This document shows, one piece after another, positions 60,840 to 64,000 of a stretch of 64,000 bases of DNA; positions within the stretch are counted from its first letter, which is position 1; each line of letters begins with the position of its first letter. The DNA comes from Candidatus Limnocylindrales bacterium. GTDB taxonomy: Bacteria; Chloroflexota; Limnocylindria; Limnocylindrales; CSP1-4. The stretch spans positions 4,168 through 68,167 of the forward strand of contig DATFHO010000101.1 in NCBI GenBank assembly GCA_035248345.1, given 5' to 3'. Under the pieces are notes generated by a model, which saw only the letters and a list, made by a program, of their open reading frames with translations, had not been told where the DNA came from and did not search any database. Position numbers and translations under genes: made by a program.

Positions 60840-61331
60840 TCAGGCGAGCACGAGGAGGAGGTCGCCGACCTCGATCGTCGATCCGGCGCCGACGGCGACC
60901 TGTTCGACGGTGCCGTCCCGCGGCGCCCGAAGCTCGTTCTGCATCTTCATGGCCTCCACGACGAGCAGCTGCTGGCCCGCGGTCACCGCATCGCCCGGGG
61001 CGACCGACACGGCGACGACGACGCCCGGGATGATGGCATGGACCTTCGTGGGCCCGCTGGCTCCCGCCTCGGCGCTGCCTCGACGGGCTCGCTCCCGCAA
61101 CGCGGCGCGCGCCTCCAGCTCGACCGTGACCTCGATGCGCCAGCCGTCGATGAGCACCTCGCGCCGCTCGACGCCGGCGGACTGGCCGGCAGCTGGCTCC
61201 ATCGGCAGAACGAGCGCGCTGCGTGCGGCCGTCTGGGCCTCGGGGTCCGACCCGTCGACGACGAGCGGCGACGGCCCATCGGGCACCTCGACGGCGAGCG
61301 CGACGCGAACCGGCTGCCCGGAGGCGGTCAT
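60840..61331 (-). CDS. biotin carboxyl carrier (biotinyl/lipoyl-domain) protein
   Basis: The internal Met of ORF 60840..61556 begins the product. The C-terminal domain carries EAMKMQNEL (biotinyl-Lys). ATGA overlap with the biotin carboxylase stop. Confidence 0.85.
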   Translation of the reverse strand: MTASGQPVRVALAVEVPDGPSPLVVDGSDPEAQTAARSALVLPMEPAAGQSAGVERREVLIDGWRIEVTVELEARAALRERARRGSAEAGASGPTKVHAIIPGVVVAVSVAPGDAVTAGQQLLVVEAMKMQNELRAPRDGTVEQVAVGAGSTIEVGDLLLVLA

Positions 61332-62932
61332 CGCGGCCACCGGTCGATCCCGGCCTCGAGCCCGGCCCGGCGCCACCGGCCATCGGTCGCATCCGACTCC
61401 GAGGCTCCCGCGGCCCCCTTGGTTCGGGCGTGCGATGGTGCCGTCGGCCGGTCGCCCGGGACCGTCGTGGTGAGCCTCGCCAGACCGGCGGCAACCTGGG
61501 CGCGATGCGCGGCGGCGCGCCATTCGGCGGGACCGTCCCAGTGCTCCCCCACCCACCCGGTCGAGAGGTTGCCAGCCCGGAACGAGGGGTCGGTCGCGAC
61601 GAAGCGGTGGAACGGGACGGTTGTCTGGATCCCGGTGATGACGACCTCCGCGAGGGCGCGGCGCAGCCGATCGATCGCGGTTGGCCGATCGCCGGCATGG
61701 ACCATCAGCTTGGCGATCAGGTTGTCGTACTCGGGTGGCACGCGCTCGCCCGGTTCGATCGCCGTGTCGACGCGGACGCCCGGGCCGGCCGGCATCTGCC
61801 AGCGGCCTACCCGCCCCGGCGTCGGGGCGAAGTCGCGACCTGGGTCCTCGGCGGAGATCCGCACCTCGATCGCGTGGCCGATCGGTTCCGCTGCGCGAGC
61901 GGCCGCGGCGAGCGCATCCTCCGAGAGTGGTCGTCCGGCGGCCAGGAACAGCTGCTCCCGGACGATGTCGAGACCCGACACCAGCTCGGTGACGCCGTGC
62001 TCGACCTGGAGTCGCGTGTTCACCTCGAGGAAGTAGAACTGGCCATCGGGCGCCATGAGGAACTCTGCGGTCGCAGCGTTCCGCAGTCCGGCTGCCGTCG
62101 CGACGCGGACTGCCATCTCGTGGAGCTCGCGCCGGCGGTCCGTGGACAACCCCGGCGCCGGTGCTTCCTCGACCAGCTTCTGGTGCCTGCGCTGGAGTGA
62201 GCAGTCGCGCTCCCCAAGCGCCACCACGCGGCCGGTTGCGTCGCCGAGCAGCTGGACCTCGATGTGCCGGGCCGGGCTGATCTCGCGCTCGAGGTAGACC
62301 GAGCCGTCGCCGAAGGCCGAGGCAGCCTCGTGCGAGCCGGCGACGAGCGCAGCGGCGAGGTCCTCGGGGCGTGCGACGCGACGCATCCCCCGGCCTCCGC
62401 CTCCGGCCGCGGCTTTGACCAGCACCGGAAACCCGATCTTCTCGACCTCGGCGAGGATGCCCAGGAGCTGGTCGGGGCGATCGACCGGTGCGGGCTCCAG
62501 GGTCCCCGGCACCGCCGGCACACCGACCGCGCGAGCCGTCCGCCGGGCATGCAGCTTGTCGCCCAATGCGTCGATGGCGGCCGACGAGGGCCCGACGAAG
62601 GCGATCCCGGCATCCTCGGCGGCGCGGGCAAAGGCGGCGCGTTCCGCGAGAAATCCATACCCGGGGTGGATCGCCTCCGAACCGGTGTCGATGGCGGCCT
62701 GGATCACCGCGTCGATCCGGAGGTAGCTCTCGGCAGGCGCCGATGGACCGAGACGGACAGCGACATCAGCCATGCGGACATGCGCGGCGGTGGCGTCCGC
62801 ATCGCTGTAGACGGCCACGGTCTCGATGCCGAGCTCCCGGCACGCCCGGATGATGCGGACGGCGATCTCGCCGCGGTTGGCGACGAGCAGACGCCGGAAC
62901 GGGGGCGCCGGCGTGTCTTTGTGCAAAGACAC
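61328..62932 (-). CDS. biotin carboxylase (acyl-CoA carboxylase alpha, BC domain)
   Basis: ORF 61328..63172. The conserved core starts FRRLLVANRGEIAVRIIRA. GTG 62932 is the minimal start. ATG 63040 would add an AAPGPEV x4 repeat N-terminus. Confidence 0.88.
   Translation of the reverse strand: MSLHKDTPAPPFRRLLVANRGEIAVRIIRACRELGIETVAVYSDADATAAHVRMADVAVRLGPSAPAESYLRIDAVIQAAIDTGSEAIHPGYGFLAERAAFARAAEDAGIAFVGPSSAAIDALGDKLHARRTARAVGVPAVPGTLEPAPVDRPDQLLGILAEVEKIGFPVLVKAAAGGGGRGMRRVARPEDLAAALVAGSHEAASAFGDGSVYLEREISPARHIEVQLLGDATGRVVALGERDCSLQRRHQKLVEEAPAPGLSTDRRRELHEMAVRVATAAGLRNAATAEFLMAPDGQFYFLEVNTRLQVEHGVTELVSGLDIVREQLFLAAGRPLSEDALAAAARAAEPIGHAIEVRISAEDPGRDFAPTPGRVGRWQMPAGPGVRVDTAIEPGERVPPEYDNLIAKLMVHAGDRPTAIDRLRRALAEVVITGIQTTVPFHRFVATDPSFRAGNLSTGWVGEHWDGPAEWRAAAHRAQVAAGLARLTTTVPGDRPTAPSHARTKGAAGASESDATDGRWRRAGLEAGIDRWPR
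62913..62932. repeat. perfect 9-bp inverted repeat GTGTCTTTG-TG-CAAAGACAC (relatively AT-rich); possible operator or RNA hairpin at the BC start
   Basis: Read directly from the sequence. It overlaps candidate GTG start 62932. Confidence 0.5.
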
Positions 62933-62939
62933 GGCCTCG

Positions 62940-63023
62940 GGACCTGGCGCGGCAACCTCAGGACCTGGCGGGGCAACCTCAGGACCTGGCGCGGCAACCT
63001 CAGGACCTGGCGCGGCAGCCTCA
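62940..63023. repeat. tandem repeat of 4 x 21 nt (GGACCTGGCGCGGCAACCTCA; two copies have 1 mismatch)
   Basis: Copies lie at 62940-62960, 62961-62981, 62982-63002 and 63003-63023. The last copy supplies the carboxyltransferase stop codon (TCA at 63021-63023 = TGA on the minus strand). Confidence 0.95.
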
Positions 63024-64000
63024 GAGCGGGATGTTGCCATGCTTCTTCCTGGGGTTGACGTCTCGCTTGTTCTCGAGGACTTCGAGGGCACGGATGATTC
63101 TCGGCCGAGTCTCGGAAGGGCGGATGACCTCATCGACATACCCGCGCGCGGCGGCGATGTACGGATTCGCAAACTCCTCTTCGTAGCTCGCGACGAGGCG
63201 CTTTCGCTCCGCCACGGGATCCGAGGATTCCTTGAGCTGATCCTTGTAGATGATGTTGACCGCCCCTTCCGCGCCCATGACCGCGATCTCCGCCGTCGGC
63301 CACGCGAAGTTCATGTCGCCGCGGATGTGCTTGCTGCTCATGACGTCGTACGCGCCGCCATATGCCTTTCGGGTGATGACCGTGATCTTCGGGACCGTTG
63401 CCTCGCAATAGGCATAGAGCAGCTTCGCCCCGTGCTTGATGATCCCGCCGTGCTCCTGCCCGACGCCGGGCAGGAAACCGGGAACGTCCACCAAGGTGAC
63501 CAGCGGAACGTTGAAGCAGTCGCAGGTTCGGACGAACCGTGCGGCCTTCATGGATGCGTCGATGTCGAGGGCGCCGGCAAGGACTGCGGGCTGCTGCGCG
63601 ATGATGCCGACGCTGCGGCCGCCGAACCGAGCGAAGCCGATGATGATGTTCGACGCCCATCCGGGCTGGATCTCCATGAAGCTGTCCCGGTCAGCGATCC
63701 CGGCGATCACCTCGTGCATGTCGTAGGGCTTGTGCGGGTCGGCGGGAACGACGTCATCCAGCGCCGCATCCATGCGGTCGGCCGGATCTTCGGTCGGGAG
63801 GATCGCGGGCGCCTCGAGGTTGTTCTGCGGAAGTTGCGCGAGCAGTCGTCGCGCCGAATCGAGCGCCTCTGCCTCGTCACGCGCAGCGAGATGTGCGACA
63901 CCACTGCGCGTCGTGTGCACCGTCGCTCCGCCGAGCTCCTCGGAGTCAACCTGCTCGTGCGTCACGGCCTTCACCACGTTGGGGCCGGTCACGAACATGT
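63021..64000 (-). CDS. acyl-CoA (propionyl-CoA/methylmalonyl-CoA) carboxyltransferase beta subunit (C-terminal part; gene continues beyond the right edge)
   Basis: The frame is open to the window end. MFVTGPNVVKAVTHE...GFARFGGRSVGIIAQQP...DVPGFLPGVGQEHGGIIKHGAKLLYAY is typical of the PccB/AccD5 family. Confidence 0.9.
   Translation of the reverse strand, partial: MFVTGPNVVKAVTHEQVDSEELGGATVHTTRSGVAHLAARDEAEALDSARRLLAQLPQNNLEAPAILPTEDPADRMDAALDDVVPADPHKPYDMHEVIAGIADRDSFMEIQPGWASNIIIGFARFGGRSVGIIAQQPAVLAGALDIDASMKAARFVRTCDCFNVPLVTLVDVPGFLPGVGQEHGGIIKHGAKLLYAYCEATVPKITVITRKAYGGAYDVMSSKHIRGDMNFAWPTAEIAVMGAEGAVNIIYKDQLKESSDPVAERKRLVASYEEEFANPYIAAARGYVDEVIRPSETRPRIIRALEVLENKRDVNPRKKHGNIPL

Overview
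This is a 64-kb chromosomal window of roughly 70% GC (by eye) from a high-GC, monoderm-type bacterium. FtsA, an Sbp/DUF1290 protein and an F420/LLM-type oxidoreductase are present, but the exact taxon cannot be determined from the sequence. The window is densely packed with housekeeping genes, and many neighbours share 4-nt GTGA/ATGA start/stop overlaps.

Gene content in order:
- pur operon (purA-D-B-C-S-Q)
- an orphan ssb, then rsmI
- a split glutamine-dependent NAD synthetase (CN-hydrolase plus nadE)
- a five-gene peptide ABC transporter
- NUDIX-gcvT-gcvH
- a DUF2520 Rossmann protein, aconitase and an MFS exporter
- tRNA-Val(CAC)
- a dcw division/cell-wall cluster lacking murE and murC (mraZ-rsmH-[64-aa ORF]-ftsL-ftsI-murF-mraY-murD-ftsW-murG-murB-ddl-ftsQ-sbp-ftsA ... 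ftsZ-yggS-yggT-DUF167)
- a LysM protein, two small Cys/His proteins and an S1 protease
- RNase P RNA and RNase HI
- icd-sdhCAB, an LLM oxidoreductase, sucCD, and a DinB protein with a coupled unknown ORF
- a methylmalonyl-pathway block (epimerase, mutase large subunit, BCCP, biotin carboxylase, carboxyltransferase)

I saw no IS elements, prophage, CRISPR array or recognisable defence island.

Most interesting observations:
1. A translationally coupled c-di-GMP make-and-break gene pair (membrane-PASx3-GAF-EAL plus membrane-GGDEF with an I-site) sits antiparallel between ftsA and ftsZ. It splits the normally contiguous ftsQAZ unit and ends in a CTAG stop-stop overlap with ftsA.
2. A 929-bp gene-poor gap lies between purA and ssb. 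About 500 nt of it has no codon periodicity, which makes it a candidate for an unannotated structured RNA.
3. Two unannotated ORFs have strong coding signatures: 64 aa inside the dcw operon, and 107 aa in frame after a TGA stop.
4. A 21-nt x4 tandem repeat starts on the carboxyltransferase stop codon and lies upstream of, or within an N-terminal extension of, the biotin carboxylase.
5. A clear triple-repeat MraZ-type operator and several candidate leaderless promoters are present.

All family calls rest on reading the supplied translations. No database search was run.
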